Origin: Candidatus Sungiibacteriota bacterium
Lineage (GTDB): Bacteria; Patescibacteriota; Minisyncoccia; Sungbacterales; HO2-52-23
DNA: 64,000 bases
Direction: 5' to 3'
Assembly (NCBI GenBank): GCA_016180435.1
Contig: JACPBG010000004.1
Location: 59,660 to 123,659 of the forward strand
The position numbers and the translations under genes were made by a program. Of this stretch, positions 9,719 through 18,777 are shown one piece after another. Within the stretch, counting starts at the first letter, position 1. Each line of letters begins with the position of its first letter. Under the pieces are notes generated by a model, which saw nothing but the letters and a program-made list of their open reading frames with translations, did no database searches and had not been told where the DNA came from.

Positions 9719-9789
9719 TGGACCTACGGGGAGTCGAACCCCGACCTCATCCATGCCATGGATGCGTAATGCCGCTTTACTATAGGCCC
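9719..9789 (-). tRNA. tRNA-Ala(GGC)
   Basis: GGGCCTA acceptor stem with G3:U70; anticodon arm catcc-atGGCat-ggatg; T-loop GGTTCGACTCC. Confidence 0.92.
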
Positions 9790-9817
9790 GTTTCGATCTT
9801 AAATTGTGATGATATTA

Positions 9818-10303
9818 TTACGGTATATTTTTATACACATCGATAATTCGTTTAATCGTAGCGGCTAATTCTTTGTCGTCCCGGATATCAGTATCTTGTA
9901 AAGATTCTTCAAGCGCCCGTACCGCCGCTTTTTTATTGGATTGAGATTCCATGAATACCGTAAGATGGATAGCCGCGAGCCGCTGTTTTTTATTTTTTTC
10001 GATCATCGGCGCGTCATCGGATAATTTTTGTTCCATAATTTTTTTCAAAATCGATTGCAGCGCGGCACGTTCCGGAGTTGTTTTTTCGACGGTTTCACGT
10101 TTCGATTTCTCTTCCATCCCCACTTCGCCCCCCTTCGCAAAACCCTCCGATGCGGCAACGGAGAGGAATGCACCGAGCGCAAGGGCGGATGTCTTTTTTC
10201 CGATGCGTTTCAATGCCAACGATTTTTCCTGTTTCAATTTATTGTCCGTACGCACCTCTTTATGCTTCGGTATATTCTCTGATGGTTGCCGTTCAAAATT
10301 CAT
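9818..10303 (-). CDS. Hypothetical protein with one hydrophobic segment
   Basis: ORF with ALALGAFLSVAA hydrophobic stretch; no family recognised. Confidence 0.6.
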   Translation of the reverse strand: MNFERQPSENIPKHKEVRTDNKLKQEKSLALKRIGKKTSALALGAFLSVAASEGFAKGGEVGMEEKSKRETVEKTTPERAALQSILKKIMEQKLSDDAPMIEKNKKQRLAAIHLTVFMESQSNKKAAVRALEESLQDTDIRDDKELAATIKRIIDVYKNIP

Positions 10304-10343
10304 ATAAAAAATATTTTACGAATAATAATTTTATACGACCGTA

Positions 10344-10790
10344 TTAAATTCGCGTATAAGATAATACCAATAATCCGACTAAAACAATTGTAAACACTAT
10401 TTCAGATTTTGAAAATATCGGTAAAAATCCTCTAATCTTATGCTTGAACGGATAAAAATACTGTTTTTCGTCTTGATCGGGCCAGTCCAGAATTAAATGC
10501 ACAAGATAAGCAATAAAGAAATAAAAAGCACCAGTTATATTTATAAATAATATTGGAATAGTCATAACAGCTGCTCCTAAAATAGAATGCGCATATTTTG
10601 TTTTATAGCGTATATTGTGGGCGTCTTCAAATCTCATGCTGTCTATGATTTTATTCCAAGAAAAAATTTTATGCCGGTATAAGACAAATAAATGGTCAAG
10701 GTCGGGAATAATTGAACCCGCCAGCCAAAACCAAGAAAATTGGTAATTATTTACTGGCATCGTACCTATTATTAAGTGCGCAAAAATCAT
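10344..10790 (-). CDS. YdjM-like membrane metal-dependent hydrolase
   Basis: AHL, GSIIPDLDH, HSILG and HLILDW motifs. Confidence 0.8.
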   Translation of the reverse strand: MIFAHLIIGTMPVNNYQFSWFWLAGSIIPDLDHLFVLYRHKIFSWNKIIDSMRFEDAHNIRYKTKYAHSILGAAVMTIPILFINITGAFYFFIAYLVHLILDWPDQDEKQYFYPFKHKIRGFLPIFSKSEIVFTIVLVGLLVLSYTRI

Positions 10791-10901
10791 ATTATTTTTT
10801 TATCCTCAATTCTAAACTTTGCACGAACCCATTTTGAGCATAACCTTGGGCCATAGTGGGCGCAAGGTGACCTCCGCAGCTCACCCAGCCCCGCCATTGG
10901 C

Positions 10902-10939
10902 TCCTTTTCAATTAGAAATCAATTTTTGTGGGTTTTGGG
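10902..10939. repeat. 38-bp perfect inverted repeat, left copy
   Basis: tccttttcaattagaaatcaatttttgtgggttttggg equals the reverse complement of 12106-12143. Confidence 0.92.
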
Positions 10940-11040
10940 GCGTTACTGACTTGCCGCTAGGTAGGCCGGAGTTACCCGAGTATGATGTATAAAATGATTT
11001 GCCACAAACAAATTTATTGTTACACCCCTGCGAACTAATT

Positions 11041-12048
11041 TTATCGCATTCTTAACTCGCACGCTTCTCGTGAGCTCATGGACTTGCCGTCAACAATAAA
11101 AGAATGTTTTATAAGCGAATTATCAAAGGTGCTGCACGGATTCGGATCAGAATAAGAAGTTTTATAAGCTAGGATACACTTTTTAAAGTTTGGCGCATAA
11201 ACAAAAAGTTCGTTGCAAATAGTCACGTCTCTTGATTTTATGGCGTAAGCAACTATACAAGCACCTGTCGCATCTTCCGGTAAATCGATTTTTATATTGA
11301 GATCATTTTTGGGCTCTGGTCTAATTTTATACTTTGAAGAGGTCAAGCGCGCTACTTCTGGTTTTTGGCACTCAACAACTGATTTTGCGGCATAAATCCT
11401 GTTGTAGAAAATAGCTTCTGCAAAAGTATAGTTAAAAATATATGCCCCCATCAATATTACTATTAAAAATATGAACCCTATTCTGTAGTAAAAAAATGAT
11501 TTTACTTTACTAATACCGGATATAACTCCTGCTACCCACATCATGCCTGCCAGGTAAGCCGTGTATAAAATATAGGACATTGTATTAACTAAATATAAAG
11601 GGGTTTCTACATCAAGAAAGAATTTTAAGTTTTCGGCACCGACTAGAAATATGTTTAACAAATAATGCCTTAAAAGCGTTATGCCGACTCCATCATAAAT
11701 ATTAGAATCTCTAACCGCTGGTATTAAAAGTAGTACCAAGAATAATATTGCTAAAAAATATTTTTTGGTAAGAAATTTTTTAGTTGTAAAAAATATTACT
11801 AGTGCATAACCTACCACAAGTCCAAGATTTATTAAGGCGTTAAATGGAGCCCAAAGAATACTAGGAAACAAGGCTGTGTAAAATACAAATCCACATCCTC
11901 CAAAGGAGCAACCATAATAAATCAAAGGCGCTGAAAGCGCTATAATAAACGAGAAGAAAAACAATCTTTTCCTAGAATATACAAACTTTTCTGTAATAGT
12001 TCCAGTGGACATTAATTTAAGAATAACTTGTCGGTCTTTTATTATCAA
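11041..12048 (-). CDS. Hypothetical multi-TM membrane protein with Cys-rich extracellular tail
   Basis: About 5-6 hydrophobic segments, C-terminal Cys residues, AT-rich island cargo. Confidence 0.7.
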   Translation of the reverse strand: MIIKDRQVILKLMSTGTITEKFVYSRKRLFFFSFIIALSAPLIYYGCSFGGCGFVFYTALFPSILWAPFNALINLGLVVGYALVIFFTTKKFLTKKYFLAILFLVLLLIPAVRDSNIYDGVGITLLRHYLLNIFLVGAENLKFFLDVETPLYLVNTMSYILYTAYLAGMMWVAGVISGISKVKSFFYYRIGFIFLIVILMGAYIFNYTFAEAIFYNRIYAAKSVVECQKPEVARLTSSKYKIRPEPKNDLNIKIDLPEDATGACIVAYAIKSRDVTICNELFVYAPNFKKCILAYKTSYSDPNPCSTFDNSLIKHSFIVDGKSMSSREACELRMR

Positions 12049-12105
12049 GTTCCGATTACAAGTCTGGTATATGTGCGGATTAGCTCCACTTTTGCGCTAG
12101 CAAAG

Positions 12106-12143
12106 CCCAAAACCCACAAAAATTGATTTCTAATTGAAAAGGA
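12106..12143. repeat. 38-bp perfect inverted repeat, right copy
   Basis: Reverse complement of 10902-10939. Confidence 0.92.
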
Positions 12144-12204
12144 AATTCCGCGCGCCCACCTTCTCCGCTAAAGGCGGGTTGCGGGTTTTTGGAGCGAGTC
12201 CCAG

Positions 12205-12328
12205 CATGATAATACTTTCCCGATTTTTGGGGGAGGTTGCCTCGCCGCTTCGCGGCTCGGCTCGGCGGCTTTGCGCAAGGCGCAAAGCCAAAAAATCCCA
12301 CGGCGCGGAAAACGAAAAGGAAGCGGAT
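12205..12328. repeat. 124-bp inverted copy of the recombinase 3' coding end
   Basis: Reverse complement of 13753-13876 with about 10 mismatches (manual count). Confidence 0.9.
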
Positions 12329-12361
12329 AAGGAATATCTAAAATCAATAATTTAAGAAATT

Positions 12362-13972
12362 ATGCTCAAACCAAAATATTTTCTCTACGCTCGCAAGAGC
12401 ACCGAGGATGATGACAAACAAGTAATGTCTATTGAAGCACAGCTTTTTGAATTGCGTGAATTTGCCAAAAGAGAAAATATTGAAATTCTTGAAGAATTTA
12501 CCGAGGCGAAAAGCGCAAAGACGCCGGGACGAGAAGTATTTAATTTAATGATGGGAAAAATTGAAAAATTGGAGGGAGTTGGAATCCTCGCGTGGCACCC
12601 AGATCGTCTCGCTAGAAATTCTGTTGATGGTGGTAAAATCGTTTATTTTGTTGATACGCAAAAAATAATTTCTTTGCGCTTTCCGCAATTTTGGTTTGAG
12701 CCAACTCCGCAAGGGAAATTTATGTTGCAAGTGGCGTTCGGACAGAGCAAATATTTTTCTGACAACTTGGTGGAAAATGTAAAGCGCGGTATCCGCCAAA
12801 AACTCCGCCGTGGCGAGTGGTTGACGCTCGCACCCTTTGGCTATGTGAACAATCCGAAAACGAGACAAATTGAACCGCACCCTACCAAATCAAAAATTGT
12901 CGTGCGAGCGTTTGAGGAGTTTGCCAAAGGAACGCATACGCTCAAAAGTATGTCGGAGTTTTTGGCGGAGCTTGGCGTTGAAACAAAGAACCGAACGCCA
13001 CTTGCGAAATGCAGTATTCACCACTTACTTACCAATCGCGCCTATCTCGGTTTTGTCGCGCACCACGGCGAATATCACGAGGGCACATTTCCGCCAATTC
13101 TTTCCCTCGCAACCTTTGAAGCCGTGCAGGAAGTATTGAAAAGGAAAGCGAAACCTCGCAAATCCAAACAGAGGCACAATTTCCCTTTTACCGGACTACT
13201 CACCTGCGGAGAGTGCGGCTCGGCGATCACCGCGCAATTCGCGCACGGCAATGGCGGAACATATCGCTACTATCGGTGCACGCGGAAAAAGGGAAATTGC
13301 GCTCAAAGATATTTGCGAGAGGATTTACTCGTTTCGCAATTAAAAGCACGGCTTCAAAGCGTTGCGCTTTGCGATGAGTGGATAAAGAAAATGTTAGCGA
13401 AAGTAAATGAATGGGAAAAAGAAAAAGTCCACTCATCGCAAACATTCGTCCAAAATCTGGAAACCAAAAGAACGGCCACGCAAGAGAAACTGGATAAACT
13501 TGTCTCGGCGTATATTGACGGCGACATACCCAAAGAAAACTATTTGAAAAAGAAAGAGGAGTTATTGAAGCAAAAAGTTTCTTTTGCGTCCCAAAAATCG
13601 GATTTTGGACGAACGGGAAAGAATTGGATCGAACCCTTGCGGAGTTGGATTTTAGATATACAGAAAGCCGAAAAATTGTCGCAGAGCGACAATTTTGAGG
13701 ACATTAAGGCGTTTGTCCAAAAAGTTGGAACGAACCATCAACTTTTGGACAAATCCGCTTCATTTTCGTTTTCTGCGCCGTGGGATTATGCGGCTTTGCG
13801 TCTCGCGCAAAGCCGCCAAGCCGAGGGGCGAAGCGGCGAGGCAACCTCCCCCAAAAATCGGGAAAGTATTATCATGTCCCCTCGGGAAGAATTGAACTCC
13901 CATTTTCTCCTTAGGACGGAGACGCTCTGTCCGTTGAGCTACGAGGGGGTTTGGATATTCGCTAAAATATAG
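12362..13972 (+). CDS. Large serine recombinase (resolvase + recombinase + Zn-ribbon domains)
   Basis: YARKST, DRLARN, GEWLTLAPFGY, CGECG...YYRC; the C-terminus is encoded by the antisense tRNA sequence. Confidence 0.95.
   Translation: MLKPKYFLYARKSTEDDDKQVMSIEAQLFELREFAKRENIEILEEFTEAKSAKTPGREVFNLMMGKIEKLEGVGILAWHPDRLARNSVDGGKIVYFVDTQKIISLRFPQFWFEPTPQGKFMLQVAFGQSKYFSDNLVENVKRGIRQKLRRGEWLTLAPFGYVNNPKTRQIEPHPTKSKIVVRAFEEFAKGTHTLKSMSEFLAELGVETKNRTPLAKCSIHHLLTNRAYLGFVAHHGEYHEGTFPPILSLATFEAVQEVLKRKAKPRKSKQRHNFPFTGLLTCGECGSAITAQFAHGNGGTYRYYRCTRKKGNCAQRYLREDLLVSQLKARLQSVALCDEWIKKMLAKVNEWEKEKVHSSQTFVQNLETKRTATQEKLDKLVSAYIDGDIPKENYLKKKEELLKQKVSFASQKSDFGRTGKNWIEPLRSWILDIQKAEKLSQSDNFEDIKAFVQKVGTNHQLLDKSASFSFSAPWDYAALRLAQSRQAEGRSGEATSPKNRESIIMSPREELNSHFLLRTETLCPLSYEGVWIFAKI
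13877..13948 (-). tRNA. tRNA-Arg(CCT)
   Basis: CCCCTCG/CGAGGGG acceptor; anticodon arm tctcc-gtCCTaa-ggaga; GTTCAATTC. Confidence 0.9.
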
Positions 13973-13984
13973 TATCATAAATTT

Positions 13985-15058
13985 ATGCCTTACACAAACT
14001 ATGAGGAAAAAATAATTGATACGGTAAAAAAAGTGATGCCCGCGGTGGTGTCTATTGTTGTTGGGAAGACCTATGACGAAATTGTAAAAGAGCGTCCGTA
14101 TGAGCTCATGGTGCCGCACGGCGATCATGTGGATTTGCCGCCGCCGGAGGAAGATTTGCCGCACACTCCATCCGGTAAAGTGCGTATTGGCGGAGGATCA
14201 GGATTTATTATTGACGCCTCCGGTCTTATTTTAACCAATAAACACGTGGTTTTTGACGAAAAAGCAGAATATCTTGTAACTACCGCGGCTGAAGACACGT
14301 ATCCCGCTAAAGTTATTGCGCGTGATCCGTTAAATGATGTGGCAATCGTAAAAATAGAAGCGGAGAATTTGCAGGTTATTTCTCTGGGAAATTCAAATGC
14401 CATAGAGCTCGGGCAAACCGCGCTTGCGGTTGGCACGGCTCTGGGTGAATTCCAGAATACGGTTTCGGCCGGAATTGTTTCCGGACTGTCGCGTTTTATC
14501 AATGCCATTACCGATATGGAAGGACATTCGGAACGGCTGCGGGGGCTGATTCAGACCGATGCCGCCATAAATCCGGGAAATTCCGGCGGGCCGCTGGTAA
14601 ATTTAAAAGGCGAGGCAATCGGAATTAACGCGGCCGTGGTTTTCGGCGCGCAAAACATAGGGTTTGCGATTCCCATCAATAAAGCCAAGTACGATCTTGA
14701 TGAATTAAAAAAATACGGTCGTATTCGCCGGCCTTTTCTGGGCATCCGCTATATCCTTTTAAACCCCATGCTTAAACGCAGATTTCGTTTGGCGGTTGAT
14801 CGGGGCGCATTTGTGTTGCGCGAGGGGGTTCCGGGGCGATCGGCCGTGATAGCCGGATCAGCCGCGGAAAAAGCGGGCATACATGAGACCGATATAATCC
14901 TTGAGCTTAATCAAATCAAAATAGACGAAAAAACCTCGCCCGAGGATATCTTGGAAGGTGCGGCTTTGGGCACAAAAATACCCGTAAGAATTTTACGGGA
15001 CGGCAAAGAAGAAATTTTAACAGCACCAGTTGAAGAGCGCGCGATATCAACCGGATAG
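13985..15058 (+). CDS. HtrA/DegP-family serine protease with PDZ domain
   Basis: GGSGFII, LTNKHVV, IQTDAAINPGNSGGPL. Confidence 0.95.
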   Translation: MPYTNYEEKIIDTVKKVMPAVVSIVVGKTYDEIVKERPYELMVPHGDHVDLPPPEEDLPHTPSGKVRIGGGSGFIIDASGLILTNKHVVFDEKAEYLVTTAAEDTYPAKVIARDPLNDVAIVKIEAENLQVISLGNSNAIELGQTALAVGTALGEFQNTVSAGIVSGLSRFINAITDMEGHSERLRGLIQTDAAINPGNSGGPLVNLKGEAIGINAAVVFGAQNIGFAIPINKAKYDLDELKKYGRIRRPFLGIRYILLNPMLKRRFRLAVDRGAFVLREGVPGRSAVIAGSAAEKAGIHETDIILELNQIKIDEKTSPEDILEGAALGTKIPVRILRDGKEEILTAPVEERAISTG

Positions 15059-15063
15059 ATACG

Positions 15064-15447
15064 TTAGGCCGTGCCAGCCGCCTTTTTTACGCGCTCTACA
15101 ATTTCCGGGAGCGCGAAATTTGCTTTTACAAGATAATCAATCGCGCCCAGGCGTTTGGCTTCTTCAATATCGGTTTCTTCCGAGAGGTTTGAAAGAAACA
15201 TGGCTTTCATTTCCGGTCCTCCGGGTTCGCGCCGTATTTTGCGCAGTGTGTCAAAGCCGTTTTGGTCCGGAAGCAGTACGTCAAGTAGAATAATATCCGG
15301 CGCGGATTCTTTGAATTTTTCAACACCCTCGGCTCCGGTACGCGCCACCGAAATTTCAAAACCCGCATTGGAGAATTCATGCGTCAAAAGTTCCACCATA
15401 AAGGCGTCGTCCTCAACCAATAGAATTTTATGAGAAGTTTCTGCCAT
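15064..15447 (-). CDS. Single-domain response regulator (receiver)
   Basis: ILLVEDD, DIILLDVLLP, DYLVK; start set at MAETSHK. Confidence 0.92.
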   Translation of the reverse strand: MAETSHKILLVEDDAFMVELLTHEFSNAGFEISVARTGAEGVEKFKESAPDIILLDVLLPDQNGFDTLRKIRREPGGPEMKAMFLSNLSEETDIEEAKRLGAIDYLVKANFALPEIVERVKKAAGTA

Positions 15448-15450
15448 AAA

Positions 15451-15572
15451 TGGGATTGTTGCCGAATGCGCTTTCGTAGCGAAAATGATGAATTTTGAGA
15501 CAAAATCGCTGAATAAACTTGGCGGCCTATCTGAAAGATAAGCCAAGAAGATGGTATTCGGCAACAGTCCCA
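15451..15572. mobile_element. MITE-like element with TIR GGGA(T/C)TGTTGCCGAAT
   Basis: tgggattgttgccgaat...attcggcaacagtccca; homologous copy at 62732-62893. Confidence 0.75.
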
Positions 15573-15629
15573 AATATAGTGTATAACTTTATTGGATTAA
15601 AATCAAAAACCGGTTTTGCACAAAACTTG

Positions 15630-15702
15630 GGCGGCTAGAGAGAATTGAACTCTCGCTAAGGGTTCCACAAACCCCTGTGACTGCCACTACACCATAGCCG
15701 CC
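15630..15702 (-). tRNA. tRNA-His(GTG)
   Basis: G-1 GCGGCTA acceptor; anticodon loop ttGTGga; divergent from hisS. Confidence 0.92.
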
Positions 15703-15763
15703 AACCCATCAAATTATACCGTAAAAACTTCCAAAAATCAACTTTTCATGCTATAATTAGTAA

Positions 15764-17101
15764 ATGCCGAAAATCCCGAAAAAGCAGGTTAAAAATCGCG
15801 TAAAACCCGAACTTGGGGGCGGTTTTCGCGACTATGGGCCGGAGGACGCAATTTTGCGTATTCGCCTTGTTGAAAAAATCAAAAAAACATTCGAGGATTT
15901 CGGATTTGATCCTATGGAAACGCCGGCCGTGGAACGCACGGAAGTGCTTCTGGGCGGCGAGAAAGAATCGGGCAAGATTATATTTAATGTTAGCGGATCA
16001 AAGGAGAAAAAATCGGATCTGTCGTTGCGTTTTGATTTAACGGTGCCGCTCGCGCGTTTTTTATCCGCAAATCCCGATGTCCCCAAGCCATTCAAGCGTT
16101 ATCAGATCGGAAATTCGTGGCGGGGCGAGTCGCCGCAAGCCGGCAGATACCGCGAATTCATGCAGGCGGATCTGGATATTGCGGGCGCATCCTCTTCGGA
16201 TGCGGATGCCGAAATAATCTCCGTGATTTGGAAAACCTTCAAAAATCTGGGAATAAGCAAATTTCTTATTAAAATCAATAGCCGTAAAATTCTGAATGGT
16301 TTGCCGCAATACGCCGGGTTTCCGGAAAAAAAATTGCCGGAGCTCCTGCGCCTTATCGATAAAAAAGAAAAAATCGGGGATGCCGCATTGCCAAAAGAAT
16401 TAAATAAACAATTTAAGTCCAAGGCATCCGGGAAAATTATGGAAGTTATGGCCATATCCGGAGACACCAAGACCCGCCTTTTGAAAATACGGGAATTGCT
16501 GAAAGATGTGCCGGTTGCGCAGGAGGGAGTCAATGAACTTATCGAAATCGTCAGGAATTTAAACGCAAGCGGCGTCTTACCGGAAAACTGGGAAATTGAT
16601 TTTTCCATAGCGCGGGGGCTTGGATATTATACCGGCTCGGTATTTGAGACGTATTTAACCGATGCTAAAGAATTCGGAAGCGTGGCATCCGGCGGGCGGT
16701 ATGATATGCTAACTGCTCCTTTCACCGGGCAAAAACTTCCGACGGTCGGCGGATCTATCGGCGTGGACCGGCTGTATGCCGCGTTTGAAAAATTAAATTT
16801 GCTGAAGAAAAAACAAACTACGACAAAGGTTCTTATTTTAAATTTGGCAGAGGAATTAAAAAAAGAATATCTTGCGTTTGCCCAGACGCTTCGATCCGCG
16901 AATATTAACACCTCATTTTATCTTGGGGATGATCGCGCGTTTCAGGCCCAACTGGCATACGCTGTAAAAAGAGAAATTCCCCTTGTTTTGATTTATGGAG
17001 AGAACGAAGACAAAAAAGGAACTGTGACTATAAAAAATCTGGTGACGCGGGAACAAAAAGAAATCCCGAAAGAAAAGATTGTGGAATATTTTAGAAAATA
17101 A
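15764..17101 (+). CDS. hisS: Histidine--tRNA ligase
   Basis: LRFDLTVPLAR, GRYREFMQAD, RGLGYYTG, SGGRYD. Confidence 0.97.
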   Translation: MPKIPKKQVKNRVKPELGGGFRDYGPEDAILRIRLVEKIKKTFEDFGFDPMETPAVERTEVLLGGEKESGKIIFNVSGSKEKKSDLSLRFDLTVPLARFLSANPDVPKPFKRYQIGNSWRGESPQAGRYREFMQADLDIAGASSSDADAEIISVIWKTFKNLGISKFLIKINSRKILNGLPQYAGFPEKKLPELLRLIDKKEKIGDAALPKELNKQFKSKASGKIMEVMAISGDTKTRLLKIRELLKDVPVAQEGVNELIEIVRNLNASGVLPENWEIDFSIARGLGYYTGSVFETYLTDAKEFGSVASGGRYDMLTAPFTGQKLPTVGGSIGVDRLYAAFEKLNLLKKKQTTTKVLILNLAEELKKEYLAFAQTLRSANINTSFYLGDDRAFQAQLAYAVKREIPLVLIYGENEDKKGTVTIKNLVTREQKEIPKEKIVEYFRK

Positions 17102-17173
17102 GCCCTCGTAGTTCAACGGACAGAACAGCGCTCTTCTAAGGCGCATATGGGGGTTCAATTCCCTCCGAGGGCG
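17102..17173 (+). tRNA. tRNA-Arg(TCT)
   Basis: GCCCTCG/CGAGGGC acceptor; anticodon arm gcgct-ctTCTaa-ggcgc. Confidence 0.9.
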
Positions 17174-17211
17174 ATTTGATTTTTTTAATCCGTTGTATAT
17201 ACTTTAGTTAT

Positions 17212-17484
17212 ATGAAAACCTTAATCAGTATCAAGGCCGACATTGACGTGAAGAGGCGGGCGCAAAAAGCGGCTAAAGAGCTGGGGATACCGCTTAGCAC
17301 CATAGTTAATGCATATCTCAAACAATTGGGCCGTGAACCGCGGATTAGTTTTGCTGTGCCGTTAAGGCCCAATAAAAAGACCGCAGAGTTACTCCAGCGG
17401 GCCAGTAGGGACTATCGCAGGGGGAGAAATATCTCTCCGGAGTTTTCTACGGGAGAGGAAATGGATGAGTATCTAAACTCATGA
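17212..17484 (+). CDS. RelB/DinJ-like antitoxin
   Basis: RHH-like N-terminus (KELGIPLSTIVNAYLKQ); overlaps the toxin start. Confidence 0.8.
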   Translation: MKTLISIKADIDVKRRAQKAAKELGIPLSTIVNAYLKQLGREPRISFAVPLRPNKKTAELLQRASRDYRRGRNISPEFSTGEEMDEYLNS

Positions 17485-17741
17485 AAATCATCCTCCACCG
17501 GAATTTCAAGAAACAATACATAAAACTCCGCGATGAAGAACGGCAGCGGTTTGGAGAAAGGAGAGATTTATTTCTTAAAAATCCATTCCACCCCATTCTT
17601 AATAATCATCCTCTACACGGAGCTTATCGGGGTTATCGCAGTATTAGCGTGGGCGGAGATTTACGAGTAATTTATGAAGAAATAGATTCTTATACCGTAT
17701 ATTTTATTCTCATCGACACTCACAGCAATCTTTACGAATAA
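17481..17741 (+). CDS. RelE/YafQ-family mRNA interferase toxin
   Basis: LNNHPLHGAYRGYRSISVGGDLRVIY...THSNLY. Confidence 0.88.
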   Translation: MKIILHRNFKKQYIKLRDEERQRFGERRDLFLKNPFHPILNNHPLHGAYRGYRSISVGGDLRVIYEEIDSYTVYFILIDTHSNLYE

Positions 17742-17820
17742 TCAATAGGCGTAAACTATATTTTGAATTTGCTTGCACTGAGCGAGGTCGAAGTGGGGGA
17801 AGAAAATTTTTATTCATGCT

Positions 17821-18582
17821 ATGCAAATTAAATTTCCAACGAATTTCCATGAAAAAACTTTTAATTCTGCGGTAGATTTCCTAAAGAAAGAAAAAAATGT
17901 AATGGCTCTTACACTATCCGGAGCTTGCGCTCGTGGTGAGGGTTCGTATGATTCAGATATTGATATAGACGCCTTTGTAGAAAACCCTGATACCGGCAAA
18001 GAAATTTGGGAAAGATTTGAAAAGTTTGCCTCTACAATTGGCACATCGAATGAAGTTGCGAAATATTTTGGCATGGACTTACACATAAGATTTGCTGATA
18101 TCAAGCCCAAAAAGAGGGGTTGGACCGATGGTCCGGACGATTTTGAGCTTGAGATAGGTAATGCTTTTATCTATTCCCAGCTTATTTTTGAAAAAGAAGA
18201 TTTTTTTACTAAAGCAAAAGAAAAATATTTGCCATACTATGATGAGACATTGCGTCAAGAACGCTTGAAAGAGGTGTTGAAATTTTGCAATAACAATCTC
18301 GGTCACATAGAGCCTTATGTAAAAAGAGGACTTCATTTTCAAGCGTTCAAACGACTGTATGACGCAAGCAAAGAATTTCTTCAAGCCCTTTTTATCCACA
18401 AGAGAATTTATCCCATTGCTTACGATAAGTGGGTGAAAAAGCAAATTGTAGAAATTCTTCAGTTGCCGGAACTCTACAAAGAGTTTGTGACTCTCTACGA
18501 AATTTCTAAACTTGAAAGTGATGAGCTGGTGCATAAGGGCGATAAATTACATAATTTATTGAATCAGTATATTAAGATTTAA
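17821..18582 (+). CDS. Nucleotidyltransferase-domain protein
   Basis: SGACARG...DSDIDID pol-beta motif. Confidence 0.8.
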   Translation: MQIKFPTNFHEKTFNSAVDFLKKEKNVMALTLSGACARGEGSYDSDIDIDAFVENPDTGKEIWERFEKFASTIGTSNEVAKYFGMDLHIRFADIKPKKRGWTDGPDDFELEIGNAFIYSQLIFEKEDFFTKAKEKYLPYYDETLRQERLKEVLKFCNNNLGHIEPYVKRGLHFQAFKRLYDASKEFLQALFIHKRIYPIAYDKWVKKQIVEILQLPELYKEFVTLYEISKLESDELVHKGDKLHNLLNQYIKI

Positions 18583-18636
18583 AGAGTATGTCGCCCCATC
18601 CTTCGCCAAGGCTACGAAGGGCAGTGCAAAGAAAAA

Positions 18637-18675
18637 CCCCGGTAGTAGAATATTTCATATTCACTACGGGGCAGG
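18637..18675. repeat. CCCCG..AGTAGAA..TTCACTACGGGGCAGG palindromic element
   Basis: Closely similar in-frame copy in recG at 21196-21231; preceded by the ccttcgccaaggctacgaagg hairpin at 18600-18620. Confidence 0.7.
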
Positions 18676-18777
18676 CGGCCCGACCAGTTTTTCAAGCACC
18701 GCACAATGCTTTTGGATAAGGCGTTGTTTTTTTGACGCAATCGTATCATCTTGATACGATTAAAGTGTCCAAATGAT

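Larger units (their letters stand above)
4824..9721. mobile_element. Integrated island at the 3' end of tRNA-Ala, lacking its recombinase
   Basis: ggcgattttttagtaaataagggttgg occurs at both junctions; left end encodes a recombinase-type C-terminal remnant (WCLYDTVRTHFEQNPD*); AT-rich defence-like cargo. Confidence 0.75.
10803..13879. mobile_element. Serine-recombinase integrative element at the 3' end of tRNA-Arg(CCT)
   Basis: The recombinase gene reads into the tRNA; an orphan C-terminal remnant SSILNFARTHFEHNLGP* lies at 10803-10856; TCC is shared at both junctions. Confidence 0.75.

Noticed and set aside
12080-12355. Small ORFs 12080-12301(-) and 12134-12355(+) as RDF or other genes
   Set aside because: They lie wholly within the inverted-repeat region and look like by-products of it.
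15448-15573. N-terminal extension of the response regulator
   Set aside because: The extension is MITE sequence; the true start is likely 15447.
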